DNA of 64,000 nt. Source: a virus. Taxonomy: Duplodnaviria; Caudoviricetes. Made by a program: the position numbers and the translations under genes. Shown in pieces: positions 1-11,400 of this stretch (positions are counted from its first letter, which is position 1; every line of letters starts with the position of its first letter). Location: IMG/VR virus record IMGVR_UViG_3300026549_000895, positions 64,001 to 128,000 of that record, one strand, 5' to 3'. A model generated the notes under the pieces. The model was not told the origin of the DNA and made no database searches. It saw only the letters and a program-made list of their open reading frames with translations.

Positions 1-1
1 T

Positions 2-1237
2 GCTAAGGCTAAACTCACTGGCGAGAAGTATGAACCATCTGATCCTAAGGTTAAACGTGAATACGAGGAACTCTGTAATTCAGGAATGGATGAAGAATCC
101 GCAATGTCTACGGCATGTGATAAATGTGCAATATCCAATGACAAGTATTATACAAATGATTCTATCAATGACATCATCGATGACATTGACGATTTCACAG
201 AATCATTTGTTGAATCAGTTGCCAATAACCTCACTCTTGCATCATTGAATGATACTCAGGAAGTATATATGGAATACGCTGATATGTTCTATATGGAAGG
301 TATACAGAATGCGACTGATGAGTCTGTCAAGAATAGCAACAAAGTTCATCCTATCAGATTCATCATTAAGACATTTACGGGTATAATCAAATTCATTCGT
401 AAGATAGTTACTCGTATTAGAGAATTCCTCAGAAAAGTTCATATTAAAGATATGAACAAAATAAACTGGATAAAGAAGCATGGTATAAAGGATCTATTCA
501 AAGAAGGTATCTGGTTATATACATGGAGTGATAAAGGTGATCATGGTGAAAACGTAAGAGCTTTGTATCAGTATCTTGATTTGTTTGACAGAGTAATGGC
601 TACTATTCAGAATTCTATGCATGACAAGAAAGAAGCACTTCCTGTTACACAAACAAGAGTCAATGCAAAGGTTCCTAATCCAATAAAATTCAAGAACATT
701 GAACATGGTGTCAGAATACTAAGAAATGTTATTTTCTCAAAAGAGAAGGTGCTAATCACTGAGAATAATGAACAGGATCTCGAGAAAATATTCTTTGGTA
801 TAACCGATAATGGAACATCTGGTCCTTCATGGAATATTTACAATTTCCTTGATATACTTTCAAATGGTTTTGAAAGTCTGAGTAAAGATTGTGAACAGTT
901 GCTTCAGGATCTCCAGGATCTCGAAGGAAACTATGACAGCGTATACTCAAAGAACCCGAAGCTGTATAATCTGTTGATATCTTCAACAAAGGGATTATCA
1001 AAAGAATTTGGTAAGTTCTCCAAAATCATTACTCATGATACAACAACTATCATGCAGCTCAACTCCGGTTTGTATGAGCTCATGAAAGAATATGATGAAT
1101 CCAAGAAATACAACAAAGGAGAATCCGAAGAAGCTCAGGAAGATATTGCAAATAACAAGTTCCAGAAAAAGAAAACTTCCGAAGATCTCAAGAGATATTA
1201 TCCTGGGATTGATGAAAATCGTGAACCTGGTGAATGA
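2..1237 (+). CDS. hypothetical protein, possibly virion-associated; 5'-truncated by the window
   Basis: Frame 2 is open from the window start through the listed 86..1237 ORF; acidic and helical; followed by a terminator. Confidence 0.6.
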   Translation, partial: AKAKLTGEKYEPSDPKVKREYEELCNSGMDEESAMSTACDKCAISNDKYYTNDSINDIIDDIDDFTESFVESVANNLTLASLNDTQEVYMEYADMFYMEGIQNATDESVKNSNKVHPIRFIIKTFTGIIKFIRKIVTRIREFLRKVHIKDMNKINWIKKHGIKDLFKEGIWLYTWSDKGDHGENVRALYQYLDLFDRVMATIQNSMHDKKEALPVTQTRVNAKVPNPIKFKNIEHGVRILRNVIFSKEKVLITENNEQDLEKIFFGITDNGTSGPSWNIYNFLDILSNGFESLSKDCEQLLQDLQDLEGNYDSVYSKNPKLYNLLISSTKGLSKEFGKFSKIITHDTTTIMQLNSGLYELMKEYDESKKYNKGESEEAQEDIANNKFQKKKTSEDLKRYYPGIDENREPGE

Positions 1238-1242
1238 TATAA

Positions 1243-1274
1243 ATCCCCCGGGAAACCGGGGGAATATCTTTTTT
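1243..1274 (+). terminator. intrinsic terminator
   Basis: TCCCCCGG-GAAA-CCGGGGGA stem followed by a T-tract. Confidence 0.8.
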
Positions 1275-1279
1275 GTATT

Positions 1280-1294
1280 TATATACTTATTATG
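1280..1294 (+). promoter_or_regulatory. putative early phage promoter (TATATACTTATTATG)
   Basis: One of seven copies of the intergenic motif TATATnTTTAnTATG found upstream of operons. Confidence 0.55.
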
Positions 1295-1336
1295 AGAAAC
1301 GAGAATATCATATCTCGTAATATATTAAAAGGATAG

Positions 1337-1570
1337 GTGATCTTAATGAAAATGTATATTGATAATGGTGCTAATGCACTGACCCAAGGAAGACATGCTT
1401 TGACTCCTGCTGATACTCATGGAGCATTGTCATTCACTACGATAATGAATGAAATTGTGAGTGGTGAATTCCAGTGTGGTTCTAAACAACCATTCCCAAT
1501 AGTTTTCGAAAATGATAAACTTCCATGGGGTGAAAAGACTGAATCCCCGTGGGATAAGATTGAATATTAA
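1337..1570 (+). CDS. hypothetical protein
   Basis: 77-aa ORF with AAGGATAGG upstream. Confidence 0.6.
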   Translation: MILMKMYIDNGANALTQGRHALTPADTHGALSFTTIMNEIVSGEFQCGSKQPFPIVFENDKLPWGEKTESPWDKIEY

Positions 1571-1595
1571 TGATTAATATGAAAGGAGAATCAAA

Positions 1596-4500
1596 ATGTC
1601 TGTAACAAAAGAACAACTTGATGAATATCTAAAAGCTTACCAAGCAGGTAAACCTCTTATAGATGACGAAGAAGTTTGGTGTACAATACATTATCGAGAT
1701 ATACACAATGATATGTATGAAGTATCCAATTATGGCAGAATTCGTAGAAAAGATACTTTAAAACTAATGTGTCCGAATGTCCGAGGAAATGGATATGTAT
1801 ATGTTAGATTAAGTCTAAATGAATGTGGTAAAAGTAGAATATTCACAATACATAGATTAGTAGCATTTCATTTCTGTGAAGGATATTGTGAAAAAACAAC
1901 AAATATTGTTAATCACAAAGATGGAAATAAATTGAATAATTTTTATGTAAATTTGGAATGGTGTACGCAAAAGCACAATAGTCAACATGCTGTTGATACA
2001 GGACTTCGTGAAATACGATATGGTGATGATAGCAATAGGCATTTTGTTTCATCTGTGTTGGTAGAACGAATATGTCAGATGTTGATTGAATATGATGGCT
2101 CTATAAAACCGATATTAACCATACTAAAAACCGAAGGAATTTATTGTACTTTTGGCATCATTGAAAGCATCAAGCAAAAAGAAACATGGATTCATATTTC
2201 TGATAAATATTTTAATAAAGGATATTTCGATGAGTTGAAAAACAATGATATTAGAACAATATGCGAAAATATTAAAAAATATAATGGCAATAGAAAAAAT
2301 ATCATGGAACATACAAAGCTCAAATCGGTTAAATTAAATAAAAAGATGCTGGATAATATTATTGAGAAACGGCTTTACAAGAAGATTTCTGACGAATATT
2401 TCGACAAAGATGCATATCTTACAAAGAAATTCTTTTCGGAAAATGATGTTAGGCGTATATGTGAATTATTAGTAAAATACAAAGGAGATGTAAAAATGGT
2501 TTTTAATAACTTAAAAGATTCGATTCCGAATGCAACAATAGACCGAATATCCGATATTAAGCATAAGGGATCATACGAAAGCATTTCTAATGAATATTTT
2601 GAACGAGGAGAGTTCAACCAAATATGTACTGAAGATCTCGATTTTATTAGAGAACTTTTAATGACAAAAACAATCTCTTATTCGCCGTTAAAATTATATG
2701 AAATATTGAATCATGAAAAATATCCAAGATTAACAATCAGCGTCATCGGAATGATTAGCAGATGTTCCCATGATGTGTATAATCAGTCAAACAAGATGCA
2801 AATCGAAAAATTCATTAAAAATAAAGAAAATGGAGTAACCGTTCCTATATCAAAAGAAACGTTATCTAAATTAATAGCTTCATATTCATCGGGTTTTAGT
2901 GATATAACCGATACGGGATATGACGCACTTCTTGAAGAATATCTGAAAAAACATGGAGAATCTCTCAGGCCGTTCTTGAGACAATCTCAGACTGAATCCA
3001 TTGCAGATATTGTCTCAACGCTCCCAAAAGTATATGGTATTAGCGTTCCTATGAGGCAAGGTCAAGCAACATATGAGGAATGGCGACACAAACATGAATT
3101 CAAATCAGCCATAAAAGTTATACAACCAAAATTTGATGGTTGTTCTGTTGCATATGATTTGAAAGCAAAGAGATTCTTTACAAGAGGAGATACTGATAAT
3201 GGAGAATCCGTTGATGTTACTGATTTATTTTCTAAACATGATTTGAATGAAAAGAATCTGAATGAATTTGATGCCATAAAGTTTGAAGCTATTCTTTCAA
3301 GGCAAGTTTATAATGAAGCATTTTCAGATTTATATAAACGACCAAGAGATGTAGTAGCGGCTGTTATTCATTCCAGAGATAAAGAGTTGGCTAAATATAT
3401 CACTTTGATTCCATTAAGAAAGATAAAAGATAAGAAATTATACTTATCCGATACTTTACAAGAGTTATCTCTGACTTTCCAAACTCTTAATCAGATAGAA
3501 GAATTTGATACTATTCAAAATTTCATTGATGAAATATTATCAGCTAATGCAACTCGTTGTTTTCAATATCAAACATTTGAATGCGATGGAGTTGTACTAT
3601 CCAATGTTAATAGTTCCAATGAAGTATTGATAGAAGAGATAGCTATAAAGATTCTGAATTTACAGAAGAAAACCAAATTGAAGAAAGTTATTTTCTCAAT
3701 GGGAAAATCTGGAAGGGTAACTCCTGTTGCTGAAGTTGAACCTGTTAAATTCGATGCAGTCACAGTTTCAAATATCTCATTGGAGAATCTGAATAGAATG
3801 ACTGAACTTAGACTAAGAGACGGAGACACTGTGAATATTATGTATAACATCAGACCTTATCTTTTATCATCTGACCATGATGGTGGCCATGAAATTCCGA
3901 TACCTGACAGATGTCCGATATGTGGTTATAAATTAACACGACTTGGACCAGAGCTCGTAGGATGTGAGAATCCGAATTGTAGAGGAAATGAAATAGGTTC
4001 AATAGTCAGATATTGTCAGAACATGAAAATGTATGGAATATCTACATCGACGGTTGAAACTCTATATGACGCTGGACTTATCAAATCAATATCTGATTTA
4101 TATCATCTGAAAGCAGAAGACATATCCAAACTCGATAGATTCGGTAATATCTCTGCTGCAAATATTGTCAGGTCAATAAGAAAAGCATCTACTAATGTGA
4201 ATCCGTTAAGATGGTTATCATCATTACCCTGTAGAAACATTGGTTTGAAAACATGGATGCTAATTCAGAAAGGTGCTTTCGAAGATGATAATCTGAGACT
4301 TGGTAATATTCTGAAAGACGTGTGTAAACAAGAAACTCCTGATATGTTCATAGAAGAACTTTGTAAGCCAGTATTTGGTGTTGATGATTTAACACTCAAT
4401 GCAATCAGAGTTGGAGTTACGTATGCTTGGAAAGATATTCGAGAGATGATTCAATACATTACATTCACAGCATTGACTCCAATGAAGCATTCAAAGGGAA

Positions 4501-4700
4501 CTGTTGTATTATCAGGAACTCGTGACAGACTACTGATAGAGTATCTTGAATCCGCTGGATATGAAGTATCAGATTCATTTAAATCCGATGCTAAATATGT
4601 TATCGTTCCAAACTTAAATTTCTCATCTTCAAAAACTAAGAAAGCACGTGAGAAAGGTATACCGGTTATAAATGCTGAATCAGCTCTTAAACTTTCTTAA
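1596..4700 (+). CDS. ligA: NAD-dependent DNA ligase with an in-frame NUMOD4-HNH insertion
   Basis: KFDG adenylation motif, TRGD, DGVV, GKSGRVTPVAEVEPV OB fold, CPIC..C..PNC zinc finger, HhH repeats, C-terminal BRCT; residues 27-441 are an endonuclease insert. Confidence 0.92.
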   Translation: MSVTKEQLDEYLKAYQAGKPLIDDEEVWCTIHYRDIHNDMYEVSNYGRIRRKDTLKLMCPNVRGNGYVYVRLSLNECGKSRIFTIHRLVAFHFCEGYCEKTTNIVNHKDGNKLNNFYVNLEWCTQKHNSQHAVDTGLREIRYGDDSNRHFVSSVLVERICQMLIEYDGSIKPILTILKTEGIYCTFGIIESIKQKETWIHISDKYFNKGYFDELKNNDIRTICENIKKYNGNRKNIMEHTKLKSVKLNKKMLDNIIEKRLYKKISDEYFDKDAYLTKKFFSENDVRRICELLVKYKGDVKMVFNNLKDSIPNATIDRISDIKHKGSYESISNEYFERGEFNQICTEDLDFIRELLMTKTISYSPLKLYEILNHEKYPRLTISVIGMISRCSHDVYNQSNKMQIEKFIKNKENGVTVPISKETLSKLIASYSSGFSDITDTGYDALLEEYLKKHGESLRPFLRQSQTESIADIVSTLPKVYGISVPMRQGQATYEEWRHKHEFKSAIKVIQPKFDGCSVAYDLKAKRFFTRGDTDNGESVDVTDLFSKHDLNEKNLNEFDAIKFEAILSRQVYNEAFSDLYKRPRDVVAAVIHSRDKELAKYITLIPLRKIKDKKLYLSDTLQELSLTFQTLNQIEEFDTIQNFIDEILSANATRCFQYQTFECDGVVLSNVNSSNEVLIEEIAIKILNLQKKTKLKKVIFSMGKSGRVTPVAEVEPVKFDAVTVSNISLENLNRMTELRLRDGDTVNIMYNIRPYLLSSDHDGGHEIPIPDRCPICGYKLTRLGPELVGCENPNCRGNEIGSIVRYCQNMKMYGISTSTVETLYDAGLIKSISDLYHLKAEDISKLDRFGNISAANIVRSIRKASTNVNPLRWLSSLPCRNIGLKTWMLIQKGAFEDDNLRLGNILKDVCKQETPDMFIEELCKPVFGVDDLTLNAIRVGVTYAWKDIREMIQYITFTALTPMKHSKGTVVLSGTRDRLLIEYLESAGYEVSDSFKSDAKYVIVPNLNFSSSKTKKAREKGIPVINAESALKLS
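1674..2918 (+). mobile_element. in-frame NUMOD4-HNH homing endonuclease insert
   Basis: YEVSNYGRIR (NUMOD4), IHRLVAFHF..VNHKDGNKLNN..NLEWCTQKHN (HNH); splits the ligase domain Ia motif DDEE/YDALL. Confidence 0.85.
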
Positions 4701-4713
4701 AGTTATTTTACGA

Positions 4714-4737
4714 TGTACCCGGAAACCTCCGGGTACA
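4714..4737 (+). terminator. hairpin, putative terminator
   Basis: TGTACCCGG-N6-CCGGGTACA. Confidence 0.6.
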
Positions 4738-4764
4738 CGTTTATTTCATGAAAGGAGAAAATTC

Positions 4765-5253
4765 ATGATTGTAATGTCAGGTAATGTTTTGGAGACTCCG
4801 ATTGAAATTATAGCTCATCAGGTTAATTGCCAAGGAGTCATGGGAGCGGGTCTTGCAAAACAAATAAAAGATAAATATCCGAAGGTATATACATGGTATC
4901 GAACCAAATGTCATAAACACTTGTTCGGACACAAAACTCTTGGAACTGGTCAAATAGTACCAACTGATGATGGGCATACTTTTTTCAATATATTCGCCCA
5001 AGATGGATATGGAACAACCATAAGACAAACTGATTACAACGCTTTCAAATCGGCATTCAAAGATGCAATTGATACATACAGATTCTTCGCAAATGATGCT
5101 TTATCAAATTTGGAAATTGCAATTCCATATAAAATTGGATGTGGATTAGCCGGAGGAGATTGGAAAGTCATACGTGCAATTTTAGGACAAATTGAAAAGG
5201 AATGTAATGTAACATTTTATATTTATAAATTAAGGAGTGATAAATATGAATAA
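4765..5253 (+). CDS. macrodomain protein (Poa1p/TARG1/DarG-like)
   Basis: IAHQVNCQGVMGAGLAKQIK and IPYKIGCGLAGGDW motifs; AAGGAG before the ATG at 4765. Confidence 0.9.
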   Translation: MIVMSGNVLETPIEIIAHQVNCQGVMGAGLAKQIKDKYPKVYTWYRTKCHKHLFGHKTLGTGQIVPTDDGHTFFNIFAQDGYGTTIRQTDYNAFKSAFKDAIDTYRFFANDALSNLEIAIPYKIGCGLAGGDWKVIRAILGQIEKECNVTFYIYKLRSDKYE

Positions 5254-5959
5254 AATCCCAGAAGGTAAACAAGGAAAGCTTTGTCATGATGCAGTATCCG
5301 AACAGAAAACTGTAATCTCTACAATGCTGAATAATTGTGAGAAAGCAAATCATAACATTTATGTTGTAACTGATTTACATTTATTCAAACGACTCGAAAA
5401 AGGTAAGTCAGTGTGTAAAAGAAGATATAATTTCTCCGAAGTCTTAAAGAATTACAAAAACACTGTAAAAGATGACGATGTTGTTATCTTTCTTGGAGAC
5501 TTGTGTGATGGAGAGTTGTATAGTCCAAATGAACTATCCGAAATAATATTATCATTACCCGGAAAGAAAATCCTTGTTCTTGGTAATAACGATTTGTTCG
5601 GATTCGATAAATATCGTGATATGGGATTTAAAATAGTTACATATTCTTTCATATGGAGGAATATAGTATTCTCTCACTATCCTCTTGTAAATACTCAATC
5701 AGTTAATGTACATGGTCATCTTCACAATTGTAAGCAGTATTGGATACCTTATCAGAATCAGATAGATGCTGCTTATTGTGATGCTCGTGTTAAGCCGGTT
5801 CTTCTGAAAACTGTCATAGCAGCACAACCAGAATACTCCAAACATATAACAGTCAAGGAAGAAAACTTCTTCAAAGAACAAGCTGGAAATCTTGATATTG
5901 ATGGAATGGCTGAATACTATGATTACAATGTTTTGTTCAGAGATCCAGTAGATGACTAA
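5246..5959 (+). CDS. calcineurin-like metallophosphoesterase
   Basis: DLH, LGD, GNND, SHYP and HGHLH motifs. Confidence 0.85.
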   Translation: MNKIPEGKQGKLCHDAVSEQKTVISTMLNNCEKANHNIYVVTDLHLFKRLEKGKSVCKRRYNFSEVLKNYKNTVKDDDVVIFLGDLCDGELYSPNELSEIILSLPGKKILVLGNNDLFGFDKYRDMGFKIVTYSFIWRNIVFSHYPLVNTQSVNVHGHLHNCKQYWIPYQNQIDAAYCDARVKPVLLKTVIAAQPEYSKHITVKEENFFKEQAGNLDIDGMAEYYDYNVLFRDPVDD

Positions 5960-5976
5960 GGAAGGAAACCTGATAA

Positions 5977-7041
5977 ATGTATGCATTCATAGCGGACGTA
6001 CATCTTGGAGTGAATCTAAAGAATGAAGACTTTATGAAGTCACTCGATATGCTACTCGATATAATACGTAAACACAAAGAACCTTGTCATTGCATCTTTG
6101 TGTGCGGAGACTTATTCGATCATCGTCTTAATATAGACGAATATAAGTTTGCCACGAAGTTTCTTTTGAAATTGGTGTGCAATAACTTATCCAGAGATAT
6201 AGACAAATCTCATATACCCGTTCATTTTATAAAGGGAACTGATTCTCATGATTGTGGTCAATATGATATATTCATACCCATGTTATATAAATTGAATGGT
6301 AATGTATATTATGCGAAAGAGAACAATGAATACGTTAATGAAGTCGGTCATCGTATTCTATATCTTCCACAATTATATCACAACGTGAATTATGATGAGA
6401 TATTCTCACAATCATATGATATCATTGTTGGACATGGACCGATGTCATCTGCAACAATGTCTCCATGTAAATGCGCTAACTATGAGATTCTTCAATCAGC
6501 AGATAAGTTGGGCTCTATTTCAAAAATATGTGTCTTTGGACATTACCATGGATTTACTGATTTTGGAAATAATGTATTTTATACTGGGCCATTACTCAGA
6601 TGGCAATTTGGTCAACCTGAGAAACGAGTATTCACATTGTGTGATGATAATTTCAATATGGAAACTTATGACAATCCATATGCAATTGAATATAAGAAAC
6701 AAAATATATCTGATGTGGAGAGTTTGAGAAATCAAATCTCACAGGGTATAACAACCCCTGTCAGATTCATTATTGATGTAAATCAAGATACAAATATGGA
6801 AGAATATTATGCAATAATGAATCTGACAAAGAACAATAAGAACATTTCATATCAGATAAAGACTTCTGTTATTGAAGAATCTGATAATGAGAATGAACCA
6901 GTCGTAGAACATGAGACCACAATTGTTTCCTCCGATATTGTTGATCGTGTAGAATCATTGATTCAATATGTTTCTGAAAAATATAAAACCGATACAGCTA
7001 AAGAAATCAGAGAATATGAATCCAAAATAAAACAGGAGTGA
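5977..7041 (+). CDS. SbcD/Mre11-like nuclease subunit
   Basis: ADVHLG, GDLFD, GTDSHD and GHYH motifs; adjacent to the recombinase. Confidence 0.8.
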   Translation: MYAFIADVHLGVNLKNEDFMKSLDMLLDIIRKHKEPCHCIFVCGDLFDHRLNIDEYKFATKFLLKLVCNNLSRDIDKSHIPVHFIKGTDSHDCGQYDIFIPMLYKLNGNVYYAKENNEYVNEVGHRILYLPQLYHNVNYDEIFSQSYDIIVGHGPMSSATMSPCKCANYEILQSADKLGSISKICVFGHYHGFTDFGNNVFYTGPLLRWQFGQPEKRVFTLCDDNFNMETYDNPYAIEYKKQNISDVESLRNQISQGITTPVRFIIDVNQDTNMEEYYAIMNLTKNNKNISYQIKTSVIEESDNENEPVVEHETTIVSSDIVDRVESLIQYVSEKYKTDTAKEIREYESKIKQE

Positions 7042-7092
7042 TTTTTGGACAATATCTTACTATTGTATTTTATGGAAGGAATGATTTAATAA

Positions 7093-8454
7093 ATGGCTAA
7101 AAAGAAAATCGAAGTTGTCACCCGAGAACTTGAAGGTGCCGACTTAATGACCATACTCGCAGATGGTTGTTCATCTGACCTATTCGACAAGAACAAACTT
7201 GTCGACTTCTCATATTCAACAGGTATCCCGGTTATAGATTATCTGTTGGGATACGAGACACTTGTAAAGGATCCTGAGACAAAAGAAATTATCAAGAAAA
7301 GACAAGTCCTTGGTTTACAAGCTGGATCTTTCAATATCTTAACTGGTAAATCACAATCTTTCAAAACAACAATTGGTATGAACATAGTCTCAAACATTGC
7401 GGTTGATCCTGATGTAAACGGAAACGTTGTTCATTATGATGCCGAGGGTAGACTTGTTCTTCAGCGTGTAAAGACCATTACTCAATTACCTGATGAATGG
7501 TTCAATGCTGAACATCCTCGTTATGCATTGAAGTCAGGAACAATTGGTTTTGATAGACTGAAGAAAGATATCGCTGAGATATATGAGTCTAAGATGAAGC
7601 ACAAAGATTTGTTGTTAAGAGATACTGGTGAAGTTGATGATAAGAACAGACCTATTATATTGATGCCTCCGACACTTGTACTCATAGATTCTCTTCAGCA
7701 TATTGTTATCAGTGAAGATGCTTATGATGTAAATGATAAGCAGTTCCAGGGCTCTAAGGAATTGCGTAACAACATGGTTGGCGCAATTACTGCAAAGACT
7801 ATAAGAGGATTTATATCTGATATTATTCCTATGCAAAAAGAAGCAAATATCATTGTTCTGTGTGTTGCTCATAAGACAGGTAATGTTTCTACAAATGCTT
7901 TCTTAGCACCTTCAAAACAGTTCCAGTATGGATCTGTTTCAGAGAGAATCTCTGGTGGTTCTGCTGTTGAGTATGATCCTTCAGCACTGATGTCATTCAC
8001 AGGTTATTCATCAAATGATTCTCGTTTCACTAAAGAACAGGATGGTTTTGACGGAAACCTTGTATTGTTTGAACCTATTAAGTGCTCGACAAATCAGTCT
8101 GGTAATGCCAAGACGGGTATAAGTGTTGATATCGTAATTGACAAAGGTCGTGATGGCGTTGATAACTACAGAACTCTTTCCCTCTTCCTTAAGTCAAAGG
8201 GTAGATTGAAAGGTAATAATGCAGGTTGGAAAGTTATCAAAGCCGATGGTACTGAAACAGAAACTCGTTATAGATGGAAACACATCTATGATGATATGGA
8301 AAAGGATCCTAAGTTGTTTACAGAATTCATGCAGGCATCTATTGAAGAGCTTGAGAAACTCTTGTCACCTGCTGTAAATAACACAGGTAAGAAGCCAATG
8401 AAAATCAATAACATTCTGAAGGAACTGAAAGCTTCGTCGGAAGTAAATGAATAA
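7093..8454 (+). CDS. uvsX: UvsX/RecA-like recombinase
   Basis: STGIPVIDYLLG, Walker A GKSQSFKT, YDAEG, LIDSL, SGGSAVEY. Confidence 0.85.
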   Translation: MAKKKIEVVTRELEGADLMTILADGCSSDLFDKNKLVDFSYSTGIPVIDYLLGYETLVKDPETKEIIKKRQVLGLQAGSFNILTGKSQSFKTTIGMNIVSNIAVDPDVNGNVVHYDAEGRLVLQRVKTITQLPDEWFNAEHPRYALKSGTIGFDRLKKDIAEIYESKMKHKDLLLRDTGEVDDKNRPIILMPPTLVLIDSLQHIVISEDAYDVNDKQFQGSKELRNNMVGAITAKTIRGFISDIIPMQKEANIIVLCVAHKTGNVSTNAFLAPSKQFQYGSVSERISGGSAVEYDPSALMSFTGYSSNDSRFTKEQDGFDGNLVLFEPIKCSTNQSGNAKTGISVDIVIDKGRDGVDNYRTLSLFLKSKGRLKGNNAGWKVIKADGTETETRYRWKHIYDDMEKDPKLFTEFMQASIEELEKLLSPAVNNTGKKPMKINNILKELKASSEVNE

Positions 8455-8460
8455 GAAAAG

Positions 8461-8481
8461 TCCCCCGGCTTAGCCGGGGGA
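8461..8481. terminator. bidirectional terminator between convergent genes
   Basis: TCCCCCGGC-TTA-GCCGGGGGA flanked by A and T tracts. Confidence 0.8.
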
Positions 8482-8489
8482 TTTCTTTT

Positions 8490-11400
8490 TTATGGTCGGG
8501 GATTATAATCGTATCCGTTCGGAAGTCCACGAGTTAAGAAAGCAAATGGTGTCTTTCCATCATCAAGAGTTCCTGTACAGGTAATACTATCAATGAGAGT
8601 TGTTCCGGTTATATCGTACCATGAAGCAGTTAAACCATCACACACAATTTTGATGTCAGTATCATATGTTCCTGTGTTGGTTTCAATTGTTAATGTACCT
8701 CTTCGATATCCAAATCCTCCGTTACGAGCTGACCAGAATTCGAAATGATACTCATCCTCATTATCACATTCTTGTGAACCGAATAAACACATTGATATTG
8801 CTGCACCAGTGGGAGGTGTTGGAATTCTACCATACCATTCAACTTTTGTATTCTGAGTATGGATGATTGGTGTTGTCATATTTGCCGTTGTAAACCAGTT
8901 GGCATCTCCACTTGTATGAGCAAGCGAATATACCTGTGTATATCCGGATGGCAAATTATAGTCTGTTGTTATTGTGGTGGAAGTATCAGCTGTTATACTC
9001 AAAGGATCTAAAGGCTCTAAGAATTCATCAGCTATTGTATCATATAATCCGGGAACTGAATCAGTGTCTCTAACACATGGAACAAATCTATGTGCTAATG
9101 TAGTAGATTCAAACATATCAATTCTATATATGGTACAATAACAGCAACTTTGAGGATCAACCGGATCCATTGTTAATCTATCCATTGTCGTGCTATACAA
9201 TATTTGGAAGAATTCTGTATATGGTAACGAGAAGGGATTGTTATAACCAGACAATGAATTTGTAGATATTGTCATCTTATGACAGATGAATTTTTCTATC
9301 GGAAGAATATTAATGGTAGATATATCTGAACCCATAAAGTTTCCTCTGAATAGAACATCACCTTTGTAGATACATGATTGATCAATTTTGGTCTGACGTT
9401 CCCAAATATCCGTATTACGTGTGTATATTGGTGGGAATGAACCTGTATCGAGAATCAAACCAATATCGAGTATATTATACCAGTGCGGGGACCACTCGGA
9501 ATAATTATCTCCTTTGTTTGTTGATGAAAATCCAAAGACCAATTGTTTATTATTATTGATATATGTCAAATGGCACTCTCTTGGATAAATATGTTTGATA
9601 TTCTCGTGTGCCAGTTTCATAAACTCATAAGGGCTATCTGGTCGAACAATAACCATTTCACCATAGTTAGCATTATCAGGGCACATGATAGCACATTCAT
9701 TATTATAACCGCACATACAATTCCAACCAAAAGCGTTTGTCCAGATTGTTTTATCAACCTTCCATTCTTGAGTTGAAGTGTTGTAGAAGTAAGTAAACCA
9801 ATCACCGGTAGCATATTTCGCTGTTATGTAAATGATTCCATTATATCCGACATAGCCTTTGATTTCTGTAACAGAACTATCAAAAGATTGAATATCTATT
9901 GTATCTGTAACTGTACTGGTTTCCATGTTATAATAGTAGAATGTCATTCCATCTTTGGTATATATCAGATGATGATTACCATAATCAAAGTTATATGACA
10001 ATATTCCAGAATCAACCAAAGTCTGTGTTGGAGTATCTTGATTTGGTCCTCCATGGATTTTGACAGCTACAATTTCTTTTGCATTTGGTTCATAACCTAT
10101 CCAGAAATCGCCATCCCATGCATGACTAATATCACCGGCATATTCTCGGGTTTTGTTTGTGAAATCCAACTGTATATCAGCATATGGCAAATCTACATTT
10201 GGATTCATGTTAATCAAAGGATCAGATATGTCAAGTATTCTGATATGTGTAGCTGATGTGCTCGTATTAGCATGCCTCCAGTCATGCTCGTCATAATACC
10301 AACCGGAACAAATTACGACTTTATCATCGAAACAATGTCTATATGCTGTTGAAACTTCCTTAGCAGTTGCATCACCAACAACTGATTGTGGCCATGTGAA
10401 ACGCAAATCTCTCTGAACACATGCTGTTACTTGATCATATCCACCAGGTAAACCTTCTGGATGGAAGAACATATAATACGGAGTGCAATACATTTCGTAC
10501 TGATCAGAAACCATCAATGGACTTACAGCATCGCTGCTGTCATAAGTGTGTTCAGTGTCCCATGTGTATTGCTTTCCATCACATATGAATTTTGGAAATT
10601 GTTGATTACGAGTAGGCCTTAATCCTCCTTCAACAACGCTTTCCGAAATATAGTATCTCTTAGTACCTTGGGATTGCGTTAATTCGCTGAAGTTTGTGAT
10701 CAATATCCAAGTTGTGTTATTCCACCATTCGTCTGTCGCATATAATACAATACTACGTACTTCGAATTTTGTTATTGGAATATTAACATTGTTATTTGTA
10801 AATATATAAACGGTTTTGGAGATACCATCTGGATTCTGCATCCATACAGAAGAAGAGTATGTGAGACATAGCTCGTTGAATTCAGAATTTTCGCACGAAG
10901 TAAAAGTATCAGCAATATTCCACAAATGATCTTTATGGTTATACATATAAGAAGATTCTATTTTGAAATTACCAACTGGAAAAATTCCATATCCATAGCT
11001 ATCATTGAAACCGCTTCTTATAACTGATTGGAAAACATTGTTCAAAGAAAGATTTGGAGTGTTATCATCTGAAAAGATGTGATCACATACCAATTCTTCT
11101 CTGTCACCATATACCGGCATAATGAATAATTGATTCATATTATAGTAACCTGAATATTTATTAGAAGCTAAACGAATATTTGAAATGTATTCATAATTGC
11201 GTTCACAAAGAATAGCAGGCGCTGCTATGAATTTATCGCATCTTCGCATTTGAGCATTCTTCGAGACTGCTGAAGTGTATCTGTTGATGGCTACTTTGTT
11301 ATCGTCAGATTGATGTGTATATGAATCATACGGTATATATGTATTCGACCACCACTGACAGTACAACGTTTGGTCCCCATATAACCAGTTTGGTTGTAAT

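Noticed and set aside
1674-2918. Intein or group I intron in the ligase
   Set aside because: No Cys/Ser..His-Asn/+1 nucleophile ends, no U|..G| boundaries restoring DDEEYD, and the insert is fully coding
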